A DNA stretch of 61,933 bases, the filler included, from Asterionella formosa (lineage: Eukaryota): assembly GCA_002256025.1 (NCBI GenBank). It is 12 parts of 12 records of this genome, joined end to end, with 100 filler letters (N's around TTAATTAATTAA, not from the genome) between each part and the next. Parts side by side here need not be neighbours in the genome. Positions count along the whole stretch, not along the records: positions 31,080 to 36,143 come from NKIB01013231.1; positions 36,244 to 41,306 come from NKIB01013232.1; positions 41,407 to 46,468 come from NKIB01013233.1; positions 46,569 to 51,629 come from NKIB01013234.1; 8 more parts are not named here. One strand, 5' to 3'. Positions 35,486-48,479 of this stretch are shown in pieces. The position numbers and the translations under genes are program-made. Position 1 is the first letter of the stretch, and each line of letters opens with the position of its first letter. The notes under the pieces are model-generated. The model had not been told where the DNA came from. It saw nothing but the letters and a program-made list of their open reading frames with translations, and ran no database searches.

Positions 35486-38400
35486 CTGCAAATAAAAACT
35501 ATCATATTTCCATGATGCATCATAGGATTGTGATCATCTGATCATAATATTTCGTTATATCATCTAATAATTTTGATAAATGCCTTTGTAATTTAAATAG
35601 TAACCCTTTTGACTACATATATTTAATTATTATATGTATTGTTTCTATTTGATTCCTGTATTCGAATTTCTTGGTAGGATAATGTACCAGTTCAAGTAAT
35701 GTAATTTGGCTCGTCATTTCCATCCGTCATCACTCCGATTTTTGCAACAAGAACGAAATACTAGCGATGACAAGCGGAATGAATGTTTGCGATAACATCT
35801 TCAATTTGTTGGTAAAGTGATCTTTATATCTTCGAGTAATCGTCATGTGCAGTGAACCTTCGTTCATATTCATTCAATTAAGAGTTAACAGGAGAGAAGA
35901 AACCATTCGAACTCGTAATGTTTCCGCACACAGCGCACAAAGTATATCTGTTTCGTCCACTTCAGCATGACAATCTCGCCAATCAACCCGTAAACAAACA
36001 CATTCTACTTGTTCTCGTTGACATTTTCAATTCTCACATGATACTACATCTACTATTGAGATTCAGCATAGAAGGAGATACGAAAATGTGTGTAACAGAC
36101 TACTGTCCACAAAGCTATAGTTATAGAATGATTCTGATTAAAANNNNNNNNNNNNNNNNNNNNNNNNNNNNNNNNNNNNNNNNNNNNTTAATTAATTAAN
36201 NNNNNNNNNNNNNNNNNNNNNNNNNNNNNNNNNNNNNNNNNNNCAATCAACCTAACAAACATGCTGGAATAAGCAAAACGCAATCCTGCTTGGATTCTCT
36301 ATGAATCTAGAAGCATTCCAATAATGTGTGCATCTGCCTCTAATTGACTAGCACTTGTACTAGTAATTAGAATTATTTCTATTTTAGCTGTGATAGTCCA
36401 TCATCCAGTGCAACCATCATGCTGGCGAAGGTGATGGACTGGTTGCCACTACCACGTAACAATGATGATCCTAGTTGAGCTACGCAAGAAGGGGGGTCTC
36501 AATGTTTCTAAATGATAATCTGTTTTATAGCCCATTCCTAGTACTTCCCTTTTTCAAGGCAAGTATTCATTGTGCTGCCTGGTGCCAACAAGACCTTTTT
36601 TCCCTAGTTTTGTTAGCGTAGGTGAGTCCCCAACCACCTTTCAGGAAAGGTGATCATCTTAGCCGCAGCATTTGGGGAAACTCCGACCGCCTAGTAAGGC
36701 GGCACAAGCTGCTTGTAAGGGGGAAGACCCACTGACCCACTATTTCTTGCACAACAGGCAAGACCGTGCGGGACGGTAAGAATTGCGGGAGTCGAACCCA
36801 ACAATTGCTTCTCAAAGAATTGGGAGAATCGAACCACACAACTTCAGATCAAAGGCGTGGATGCATTTGTACTATAGGTGGATATTAACAGCCTTTGATC
36901 GGCACCAAACCAAGAAAAGGGATTGTGATGGCTTCCCTCAAGTATGTTTGTGCTTCACAAATTCAAGATGTTGCCAACAATAATGGATTTAGGCGACCTC
37001 CAGCCAGCTACTTTTATTTGCGCCGATGACAATAACTGACATAAATAGGATTAATGTAGCATAAGAACAACTAAAAGCGGAAATGTAATGCAGCCATGGC
37101 TTCAAAAAGCTTGGCTTCAAAACATGCAACAAAACTGACATTTTCTTGATACTCTTTACAATCACATTTTTGTGATGCATTATTGATTCCCACTTTTGCC
37201 TGCGCTTCCTTTAACTTTTCGCGGTACATACTACTTACAACATGATCCATTGGTTCCTTCTCTCATTTTACAGCAAGAGTTGCTCGTGCTAACTTTGTAT
37301 GTTCTCCTTGAGAGGCAAGTGGCATTTGTGTATTGAGTTCATTTACTGTTGAAAATTCTACGAAAGCTTTGACAACTTGTTGTGCAGTGTTTTCTGCTCA
37401 AAGTCAAGAACAATGAGGGCGGTTTTGAGTAAAATGCTCAAAGTTGCCCTGTTTACCAGAACCCTTGTTGTTATTGAAACATGTGTTGAAATTTACATTT
37501 AGAAAATCCATAAACCTCTGACAAATGTTTGCTATCCAATACATCAAAAGTGCAGGGATAGTTATCAATCATGATTCCATGGTATACGAACTGATCATAT
37601 TTGAAGGCCATGGATCCAGTTGTATCATCATCTATGCAATGGTTTTTTCTGTATCCTGAAACTTGAAAGAAAACGCTCGTTGTTGAGATAGCTATCTGTT
37701 AAATGGGAATGTCGTTTGTCATTGTCATTCCTCCTTGGCTGACAATGAAAAATTAGCAGGAGTGGTTCAAGCAACCACTGGTTGCACAGCTTGCTTCCTA
37801 GGGACGTAGTAACTTTCATTTTCTGAAGAATCAAATGATGCCATCAGAAGCAAGTAACAACAAGAAGATGTGTGATAATAATTGCTTTGAATTACTCCTC
37901 CCAAAAATCATTTCTGTTGTTTCTGTTAGATATAAAAACAGTGTCTTTGTTGATCAATTAAACTACATGACATAAATTAATGAAATTTGTGTTGCTTAAT
38001 GCAGTATCTGCAGCAATACACACAGACACAAGAAAAAAGTGTTGCTGAAAGCAACATATCACCCAGATGAAAGACATGAAAAATTGTGCCTAGCAACATA
38101 ATTTTCCATTTTGTATCTCTGTCAAGATCTGCCCTTATGCTATTTGTGGGTCCCAAGCTATTGTCTCTTTCTTGCAAATACACATGCGAGTGTTTTGTAT
38201 CTCATCATATGGTTCCAACAACTGGCAGAGGTGTTTCTTGGATGAATCTGCTTCGCCAAATTTGTTGAACAACTCATGCACTGGGTGGTATAATCATGAG
38301 GAGAGTAATAACTATAACTTTCCCTTCATTCAAATCATTTAATTGGAATTAAATTATGGAAGCTAAATAGGTTAACAGCAGCTTGTGCAGGCAAGTTATT

Positions 38401-38706
38401 TTTTGTGCACCCATTACTGTAACAATAGTTTTGTTGTCCAACTCTGTCCACCTTGCTACCCTTACTGATGCCTTGATGGTAATTCAAAGCACGAAAGAGA
38501 TATGAACGCATCCACGTAGTACTTGCATTCAATGGTTCGATATCAATCTCAGCAAGATGTGTGCTGCCCTTCTTTGTTTATGACTTTGATATGAATTCAT
38601 GAGCCCCCAAAATACTTTTGAATCTTTCACATAAATTGGCAAAGTTAGCGTTGTCTACTCTATATGCTGTCAATTACATTTCATTTTTCCAACTTGTGAG
38701 TCTTGC

Positions 38707-41222
38707 TCAGCTCGTATCTCCTATACTTCGCCCTTGCATGTCAATGGTATGAATATCCATCAAATTTCCCAGCATTAAGTGATTCCACCAGTCTATTGGA
38801 CCAGGTAAAGAATAGTGAAGGCAATCATTCCGTTTCGTGTCCGGAGATTTGTATTCATCTGCCATGTGTCCATCAGGTCTTCTTACTGTCATTGGAAAAA
38901 CATCTAGAATCTCCATTCTAGCAAGGGACTTCTGTTCCAGTATTCGCTCATCCATAAGTCTACCAATGAAATCATTGTATGAGCTAAACAAAACCCAATT
39001 ATATGTGTCCTTTGTCTTTCATTGAAACGGAAAAATAGTTTGGCAAGTTAGAAACAGATTTGCAGACATGGCATCGTCGTCAGAATCACTCCCAGTTCCA
39101 CGAATTATATAATACTTACTTTCTCTTTCGTTGTGTCAGCAACATATTCTGCGAAAGAATTAAATGGCTTGAGACCAGGTCGACCACAATTTTTGTGCCC
39201 AGGTACCAATGTTCGTATCATTACAATATCGCCGACCCTGTTCAGACTATCAAAAATCTGAACGAACCTTCGCATTCCTCCTTCGAAGAGAGCCCGATCG
39301 TGCAAATGGGCTCCAGCGTTGACAACCAAGAGCGTTCTTCTATCATCACCCATGTATGGCGCAATCCAGGGGTAGCAATAGTTCTTGCAGTTCATTGTTT
39401 GTTCAGCAATTGAGACTGGTTCCGATGTCTCCAACAGCTCGTCATTTCTGATGAATTGGAGGGTAAAGTTAAACCCATTAGGATTTGGACAATCAATAAT
39501 ATACCTGAAACCGGATTGGTTTTGAAGGGGTAAATCCTCCGATGGTCTGAGCAACATCCAAAGGCTAAGAGCTTGTTGTAAGCTCAGACTATCACCGAGA
39601 AACAAGATGCGCCGAATTTCCATTGCGCTTAACACAGAGCACATTCCTTTCTTCGTTACTATTGGTATATCGCAGGAACCTCGGTAGAATGTCTCTTCCC
39701 ACTTGTAAGTGGTAGAGGGGCGAAACTGCTTATTTCCGGTTTCACCATTAGCGACACGTTGTCGAAATATTCTCTCTGCAGCACCCGAATGATGAAGGAG
39801 TTCCACGCCGTATGCAGTTTGCCCTGCACATTCAAAGTCTTGCACCCAGTTCCCTACCTTCCCTCTCAAAAATCTACAGATACCAGAGTTTGGGGGAGGG
39901 ACGCTTCTTAAAAATTCCTTGGCCATCCCAGTGTCAACGCTGATTTCCGAAAGACTCATTATAGGAAATTTTTCCATTGGACTTGACACACGCACCAACA
40001 CGTCAGGGGCGCCAATCTTTTCTAACATGGCTATGAGCAACATAGATTCTGTAGATTGCTCCTCCTTGCTGCTTTGCTTGCTTTCCCAAACCACGATTTT
40101 CCCCCTACGTGAAGGATCACGAGCCAAGGCCGGCACCAAACATTGCTTCCCCCAGCCCGCTCCACAAAGAACGTAATCAGCAACCATCAAACGTGTCATT
40201 AGCTCGATTGAGGAGGGGTCAGCAATCATGATATTTACAGTTCGCTTCGGATCAAACTTTTCCAGGGTATCGGCAATATCGATGACGTATTCGCGGCATG
40301 TCTGTACGGCAGAATCACATGCTGTTGTCATTACGATGTCAACGAATTTCACAGACGAAGGAAGGTACTCGAGAAATGAATAGTAGGGAACAACCCACAC
40401 ATCAGTGCAGTGCTTATCGCGACACGGAATGAAGATCACAGCCGTATCAGGATTATCATAGTTATCTTTCTTGATGTTGAGTATTCCATGTCTTGGCGAA
40501 TTCCCACTCGCATCAATCTGCAAAAGGATCGAGTCGACTACCTTCCGGAAATTTAGTCTCATAATAGGAATGACGGTTCGTAGTAAATCAATTTTAAAGT
40601 CAAAGTCCAATTTCTCGCAAAGGCTGACCATTCCCTCTCTACTGATTGGTTCAATCAAGTCTTTTTGGATTTCAATCTGAGACGGCAGCACTTCTTGAAT
40701 AAGCCCTATTCCATGGTTCATTTCACAGCCGTGACGGTAGGACAAATCAAAGCCTACGATTTTAGCTTGATAAGCGATGTAGGACGAAATGAAGATTCGG
40801 GACAAGGCAGTTGATGTGCGTGTATTTTCAGAGCAGGTCTCCTGGTCTTCAAAAATTTCAGTGAATTGATAATCTCGTGGAAACATATGCTGGGCTTTTA
40901 CGGCCTGACATATTTGCAGATAGGACACGACACCGTCGCTGGCTTTCAGCTCTCTGTGGGATCCTCCGGTGGAAACGACACGGCTCGGGGCCCCTGGTGT
41001 CGCTTCTTCATTTTCGTTTTCGGTGAGCCCCCAAAATATTCTAATATTAAAAACGCCGAGAGCGGGATACCGGTAGTCACTGCAGCAATAGGCAGCCAAA
41101 AGGAGAAGGATCGTCATGGAAGCCATCCGAAGGCGAATACACCTTCGGCATGTGTGCAGTCGACAGCATTCAATGTGTATTTCAGGAGGTGCTATTCGTT
41201 CTGTTAGAAGGCGAGGGCCCAT
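38707..41222 (-). CDS. TBL/PC-esterase-like (SGNH) membrane-anchored protein, ~803 aa; intron 39016-39119
   Basis: RILFLGDSLS, LVVNAGAH, RTLVPGH and RPDGH...DCLHYSLPGPIDWWNHL (DxxH); in-frame gtaagt...aag intron with ctaac branch point. Confidence 0.85.
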
Positions 41223-41406
41223 TAAGAGGTAATTATGGTGGCTTGCTTAATGAAGGCGCCAAAGACGACCAACAAACAAATTTATGGAAGATAATTTGGA
41301 TAACGGNNNNNNNNNNNNNNNNNNNNNNNNNNNNNNNNNNNNNNNNNNNNTTAATTAATTAANNNNNNNNNNNNNNNNNNNNNNNNNNNNNNNNNNNNNN
41401 NNNNNN

Positions 41407-41613
41407 GTTCTGGGCTGATGAGGAGTCATCGCTCGCGGTGCCAGGACACGGAACTACCGCAGTATACATTCTAGGGAAACTCGCAATAGTCTTGTTTCTG
41501 ACAAGAGATTGAGATCTCCTCTCGATGGATGGAGAATCGTTCTCTGCTCCGTGGAGGGACGATTCAGCGGCTACCAAGAATGCTGCAGAAAGGAGAATGG
41601 ATGTCAATCTCAT
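41407..41613 (-). CDS. Secreted protein, 5' part (copy 1 of inverted pair)
   Basis: Signal peptide MRLTSILLSAAFLVAAESS; ORF runs off the contig start. Confidence 0.7.
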
Positions 41614-43522
41614 TTTCTAAGAGTTCGTCAATGCGACAAGACGATGAAACGAGGAGGCGCTTTACCAAATTTATTCGTTATTATGACGGCTGATGTGAAG
41701 GGATTTTAATATGACGGCACTATCGGTAGAATATTTACGCTTGCACGCCGGTCACAAATAGAAGACAAGGTGAAATCCTGAGTATTATAAATATAGAGAT
41801 AGCGTGTAAACCCAGAGGTGAACCTCAACCACAGAAGGCACAATGTCCTCCATCTTTTCCTATTTATGTATGGCTGGATGGATCATGAAAGTACATGGCA
41901 AAGGGTACTGTAGCCATCGTGACCCCCCCGGACAAAATAATTCTGGCTACCGGTAAAACATAATTTTATGTTCTATATAAATAACATACATATGGATAAA
42001 GTTTATGTACACATGGATCCGTGAACTTGTTGTTGTCGTCATTGCATTCATTCATCACGAACATGAAATCGAAGTCCATTGCGCAGTGATGGGTGTGAAA
42101 TCGTTATTGTATCTTCATTGCAACTACTATATCATCTTATTTGAGACATTCCTGTACAGTTTCCACTCCAGCTTGCTCACTATCAAGCTCAAGGTCAGCT
42201 GGCATGCCAAGCCTGGGTTTCTGTGGGTAAAACTAACCCACCATGGATCATCCCAACAGGTGTGGTGACACTCGGTGCTTGTATGTGAGGAGAACGAGTG
42301 AGGTGGATAGTACACTCTCTCAGATGAGAGTAAGGGAATTTCATTTTGTGCTGCATAGTTTTCTTATATGCCATTCTTTAACCTTGTCTGTCAGCGGGTA
42401 AAGAACGTTGTGAGCTTTGTTGAGATCAAGAGGGAGTGGACTGCCCCACTTGGGAACGTGGATGATGGTCCCTTGATTCTCATGGACTTGTGTTTTAAAA
42501 CTGGTTCAGATACCATTGACCACTTTTTGCCATCCGAGCTGAATCCTCAAATAGGAAGGCTGCTTTTTCCAGAAATCTCCTTTTGGTGCCCAATCTGGCC
42601 CTAAGCAAGTCCTGGAGAGGTTGAGTAGACAGTTGGATGTCCCTGGTACTAATAGTTTGCTGGCTGTGATACATCTACAATGCTGATTATTGGTATAGCC
42701 GCCACAAAAGAAATGCTTGTCAAATATGATAACCAAAATTAAAAATTTTGGTTATCAACAACCGCAATTACTGTTTGCAGCAATCAACTATTATTTCTAT
42801 GAAGAGCAAAGTAAAATGGGAATGCTATATCAATATTAATGTTGTTGTCATATCTATTCAAACTATATTAACATTATTTGAGTATAGCTATTGCAACCAA
42901 TATAGTTGCAAAAATCGCTGAGCACCATGATTATCTGCTCTGCTTGCGTTGGCAACCTTCAATCATGCTTGCGTTGGCAACCTTCAATCAATTTTCTAGA
43001 AACAATCACTACAACACAGCCTGTCTTGAAGCAAAGCATTAATTCCTGTTTCACTACCATCTGGTCCGTGGTGATGGATGATTGTTGGATGAGAAGAATT
43101 CTTGATTCCTGGAAGTAGTATAGAGATAAACATGTTAGAGTTGCGAAATTGGCTGATTACAATGGCAAAGCGCACAGACCAGTCACCTTGGTTCTTACCT
43201 TATTTCATATTGGAGCTGTCAAAAAGCATTTTAGTTTCTGATGAACAAGCTAGACAACTTCGACCAAATCCTATATCAGTAGTCAAATCTCGCACCTAAA
43301 TTTTTGGCCAATAGAAATAAAGGCAGGCTGTAGTTTCGTGTGTATCGCTTTTAATTCATGAAGTAGCCGCATCCATACCTTATTCTTAAGCAGCTAGCAA
43401 TACTCTTCTCTGGAAATTCCCATCAAAAATTACTACAACTATGTACTTGAATATTGTTCGTAGAGAATTGTGGCTTCTTTGTTATTACCAATAAATATGA
43501 CTTTTGTTTTGACATAGCGAAA

Positions 43523-44607
43523 ATGAGCAAGAACAGCGACTCGTCAGATGAAGATCGCTTCTTCCACTTCCGCAATATGCGGAAGCAAAGCGAGAAGGCC
43601 AAGCAAGAAAGAAACAAGGGAGGAGGATCAAAGGTGGAAAAGGCACCCAATCTCACTCGTTTTCGGACAGACTATGACAAGCTTTTGAAAAAGGATTATT
43701 TCGTTGAAAATCCGATTTACTCATCAGCAATTTCAGGAGGCGCTTCCGGATGAGACATTCGTTGTTTGAGAAGATTCTTGATGATTTGGTTGCTTCGGAT
43801 CCTTATTTTTCTCAGAAGATGGATGCCTTGGGTTAACTGGGATTTTTGCCACACCAAAAACTTACCTCGGCGCTTTGCATATTAGCCTATGGAACATCGG
43901 CTGATCAGTTGGACGATTTAACAAGGATGTCAGAGTGAACAAAACTCAACAATTTGCAACACTTCTGTAGCGCAATAATCAACAGGTATGGGAAAGAGTT
44001 TCTTAGATCTCCGGCCAAAGAGGACTTGGAGATGATTCTACATTTGCATGAAGGAAAGGGTTGGCCAGGGCTTCTTGGTTCATTGGATGTCATGCATTGG
44101 GAGTGGAAAAACTATCCCAAAGCACACCAAGGAGCATATCAAGGAAAAGAAGGAGTGGCGACAATTGCTTTGGAAGCTGCGGTTGATTGTAGACTTTGGG
44201 TCTGGCATGCATGGTTTTGAATGCCTGGGGCAAACAATGATCTTAATATTTTGGATTGTTCACCGTTTTTCCATGATTTGTCAGCTGGAAGGACTCCAAA
44301 AGTACAGTTTGCCATCAACAACCAACAACACAATCTGGGGTATTATTTGGTTGATGGAATCTACCCAAATTGGCATATATTTGTCAAGACGATTTCAGAG
44401 CCACAAGGTCCAAAATGGAGTTATTTCTCGATGCATCAGGAGGCACAGCGCAAGGACATCGAGCGAGTATTTGGAGTTCTACAGGCCAGGTGGAGGAACC
44501 TTGCACTTCCATGTAAACTTTGGTCAGTGGGTGCTATGAAGAGTGTAATTATTGCATGCATCATTTTGCACAACATGATCATCAAGGATATGCTCAACAA
44601 CGCTTAA
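43523..44607 (+). mobile_element. PIF/Harbinger (Plant_tran-type) transposase pseudogene
   Basis: FRRRFRM, LAYGTSAD, GWPGLLGSLDVMHWEWKN, LEAAVD, PGANNDLNILD, YYLVDGIYP, RKDIERVFGVLQARW and CIILHNMI; stops and a frameshift. Confidence 0.92.
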
Positions 44608-45580
44608 GCCAGTCTTCTCATCACAAATGTAATCACCTGTAGCAAAATACATGCGATGATGGGCTGGCATGACAGTAGTACTCCCCACAGAATGTATAGA
44701 TGCAAGGAGTGTTTCAGTTCCATCTGAATAAACGACGTTACCCCATAAAAGTAATTTTGCTGGTACACTGTAATTTTTCCCATTTTGACTTTCCCAATTC
44801 ACTTCAACCCAATCAAACCAGGAATTTGATTGATGAAGACTCTTGTCCTGTTTGTTCCATTTTTTATTACATCTTAAAATTGTTTTCGTACCGTCATCTT
44901 TGGAGATTACAGTAACATGATAATAGAAATTGATCCGATCTATCTCTACAGACGTAGTTCCAGTAGAATTTTTGTCCTTCCACCGCTGTACGGCAGAATT
45001 TACAAGGCTCTGAACGGCAGGTATACCATGTTCGTTGTCTGGGTGAAACAAGCGGTAGTATACTGTCCCATCTGAGCGTTTTCGTTGTGTACACAGTTCT
45101 TTAATACCGCCGGAAATGTACCAAATTCCCCATTGGTCTTTCTCCGCTGAGAAAGATATTTGTTTGGGTTTCACAACAATGGATACCTCTGCTTCCTTTC
45201 TAGTATTTATCGAATTTGTATCTTCAAATTCAGATTCATCTGATTGAACTGTATCAGTACCTCCATCGCTCATCAACAGTGACATGGTGTAAACACTGGG
45301 GAAGAGAACTTTCCTGGCAAGTGAATATTGTCTTCCTTCATAGCTAACTCCTCAATAATATATCATGTTGGAGACGACGTGTATGACCATTGACTCATTT
45401 ACTTGGCCTTTTAATTTCTCTTTCAAGAATGATTCCAGGAAACCACCAAAGAAGTTGATTGGTGTTCCAAAATTTTTAATCAAATGAGGATAATGAGTCA
45501 TTCCATAGAACTTGGGTATACGGTATGCAACAGAAGAAACCAATTCACGTTGTTGCTTGGTTGGCAGAACAACTGACATG
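44595..45580 (-). pseudogene. Plavaka-like transposase C-terminal remnant
   Basis: RIPKFYGMTHYPHLIKNFGTPINFFGGFLESFLK and SWFDWVEVNW...VPAKLL parallel the motifs in 26931..28040. Confidence 0.6.
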
Positions 45581-46261
45581 GTACAAAGGAAAGAAAGATA
45601 AAGGTTGAAACAAGATCTTAAAGATATATATACCTACGGCATTCTAGTGCATTTGCTGTCTAAGCTCGTATGCTGTACTATCGCTAAAGCACTCTAATGG
45701 CTAGTTGTTACACTGTACCATATGACACAGTAAGCGCACCCATGCGCCCACACTGCACTTCAATATTCGTTCACAGGTACCGGTAGATGACATACTAGAC
45801 TACGGAATAGTAATGTTCGAGATTGTGGATTTTAAGTGCTCCATTCGATTGGTAAATAGCACAGTATATATACCTAGTCATTTAAGTGATTATAGTTCAG
45901 TTAGGCTACATATATTTATATTTATATTAATACATAAATAAAACAATATGTAAACCGATACATATCACCAAATCACAACTAGGTACCGGTGCCCACACAA
46001 ATGAGAAATGACCGTGAAACTTCTAAAAATATTGTTACACGGTTCGTCTATAGTTAGTATCGGACATGTTGAATGATATATCAACAAGCCACAACATTTG
46101 CTAGTTAGTGGATTTTTTGAACATAATTATATACATATATTAATATTTAAGAATGAGCACACTTGCAGAACAGTTATAATACAACCCAAATTAAAAACAA
46201 ATAAATTTGGTAAAGCGCCTCCTCGTTTCATCGTCTTGTCGCATTGACGAACTCTTAAAAA

Positions 46262-46468
46262 ATGAGATTGACATCCATTCTCCTTTCTGCAGCATTCTTG
46301 GTAGCCGCTGAATCGTCCCTCCGCGGAGCAGAGAACGATTTTCCATCCATCGAGAGGAGATCTCAATCTCTTGTCAGAAACAAGACTATTGCGAGTTTCC
46401 CTAGAATGTATACTGCGGTAGTTCCGTGTCCTGGCACCGCGAGCGATGACTCCTCATCAGCCCAGAAC
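46262..46468 (+). CDS. Secreted protein, 5' part (copy 2 of inverted pair)
   Basis: Near-identical to copy 1 (H/R and S/F differences); ORF runs off the contig end. Confidence 0.7.
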
Positions 46469-47031
46469 NNNNNNNNNNNNNNNNNNNNNNNNNNNNNNNN
46501 NNNNNNNNNNNNTTAATTAATTAANNNNNNNNNNNNNNNNNNNNNNNNNNNNNNNNNNNNNNNNNNNNTAACTCGACTTACAGTACGTAGGTATGGTCGT
46601 AGCCTCGTCAAATACCGGTGGTACCTTGTACTCCTAAGGAGTACCGGTATATACAGTAACAGGTTACTCCGTACACTTAAACCTTACCTTTTATCCTTGA
46701 AGCAGAAGTCGACGCACAGCAGATCTAGGACATGAATGACAAACAATCTCACATTTGTTCAGAGCAACAGCCAACAAGTGTACGGTTGGATACTACCGGT
46801 AGATATCCACGTACAGCCTCCTTACCAGTACCGTACTCCCACACGTTACAAGACAGGAAGGCCGTGGAAGGGTGACTTAAATAGTTGCCGCTGTGTTTGC
46901 GGGGCAGGCCAGCCGTGTTGCGAATCGAAATAATGTACCATGATTTGCATCGCTCACAAAATACCGGTAGTGATTTAATTATAATACAACAACAAAATAC
47001 AACTCATATCTGCACCACCCCAAGATCTCTC

Positions 47032-48034
47032 ATGCAACGTTTTCAAGAGCAAGACAAGTTGACACTCGTCGCCACTGCCGCTGCTGGTATTGGTCTCGGC
47101 TTTGTTCTCCTCAAGGCGTTGGTTGGACCGAAAAAACGTACTGGACCGCAGGTGATTCTCATCACAGGCGCTAGCTCTGGAATTGGCAAAGCAACTGCAT
47201 TGAAGTTAATTGCTGATGGGCACTGTGTGTATGGGGCAGCAAGGCGCATTGCTCACATGCAGGACCTTGTGGATGCTGGAGGTCATGCGATTGAAATGGA
47301 CGTGACAAAGGAAGACCAAATTGTTTCCGCTGTAACGAAGATTCTTGACGAGCAAAAGAGGATTGATGTCCTCATTAACAATGCTGGATTCGCTGTTTAT
47401 GGTTCTATTGAGGATGTCACCATGGAGGAAGCTCGGAGTCAATTCGAAGTCAACATCTTTGGCTTGGCGCGCCTTACAAAAGAGGTGCTACCAACTATGA
47501 GAGCGCAAATGAACGGAAAGATAATCAATGTGAGCTCAGTGGGAGGAAAGATTTATACTCCATTTGGAGCATGGTAAGAGGAACTAGCTATTTCAGTATA
47601 AGTGAAATTCATGATATCGACTTATAAAATTGTCTTACTTGACTTTAAACAGGTATCATGCTACCAAGCACGCCCTTGAGGGCTGGTCTGACTGCTTGAG
47701 ATTGGATGTCAATCAATTTAACATCAAAGTTGTCATCATTGAACCTGGAGCCATTGGAACTGAGTTTGAAGGGGTAATGTCACAGCCATTTTTGGACAGA
47801 AGCAAAGGCAGTCCATACGAAAGTAACGCGATTGCATTTATGAATGCAGGCAGGGACATGATAAAATATGCCTCGCCTCCATCTGTAATTGCCAATGTCG
47901 TGTCCCTTGCTGTGAGTGTGGCGAAGCCAAGGCGCCGCTATGTTGCTGGAGCCTTTGCAAGCCCAATGTTGTTCATACGTGCATGGTTTGGTGACGGTGT
48001 CATGGATACTCTGCTTTTATCTCAGTTGAAGTAA
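47032..48034 (+). CDS. Short-chain dehydrogenase/reductase with N-terminal membrane anchor; intron 47574-47652
   Basis: TGASSGIG, LINNAG, INVSS; the catalytic YHATK follows a Trp codon restored by splicing TG|gtaag...cag|G. Confidence 0.92.
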
Positions 48035-48479
48035 TGGTAATAGTATATTAATCAAATGAGAACACCTGTCGACGACAAAGAATTAAACGAGAACTTTTTG
48101 TTTCCATGTCTAATACCAATATGCTTTCTCCAAGTTATTTATACCCATATGCTGGTAGACTAAATAAAGCTCGATGGAATACGATGCAACAACCAAAACA
48201 AAAGAAATATGTAGTAGCAGACTATGGGTGTGAAGCACGGAAGCAGCAAAACAAAGAAAGATCTCATCAACAAAAAGATGAAGATTCTTGGTTGAATTTT
48301 GATTGCAGAACATATGCGAATATACCTGTATAGATACATATGGACAAAATGCTGACATGTCTTATTTATTATTTTATGATCCTTCTTCGTTTCTCCACAT
48401 GGAACACTCTTTGAGCTGCTGATTCTCGTCCCGAGTATCTTCATTTCGGACCATAGGTACCTCGTAGTATTGTTCCAAA

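Noticed and set aside
36780..36840. tRNA gene
   Set aside because: Only T-arm/B-box-like motifs are present; I could not build an acceptor stem, D arm or anticodon arm.
37200..38650. Possible MULE or other transposase relic
   Set aside because: Too decayed; no diagnostic motif could be read with confidence.
7455..41425. Hammerhead ribozymes at CTGATGA motifs (e.g. ~7457, ~17848, ~30909, ~41415)
   Set aside because: No stem II followed by GAAA and closing stems could be found by eye.
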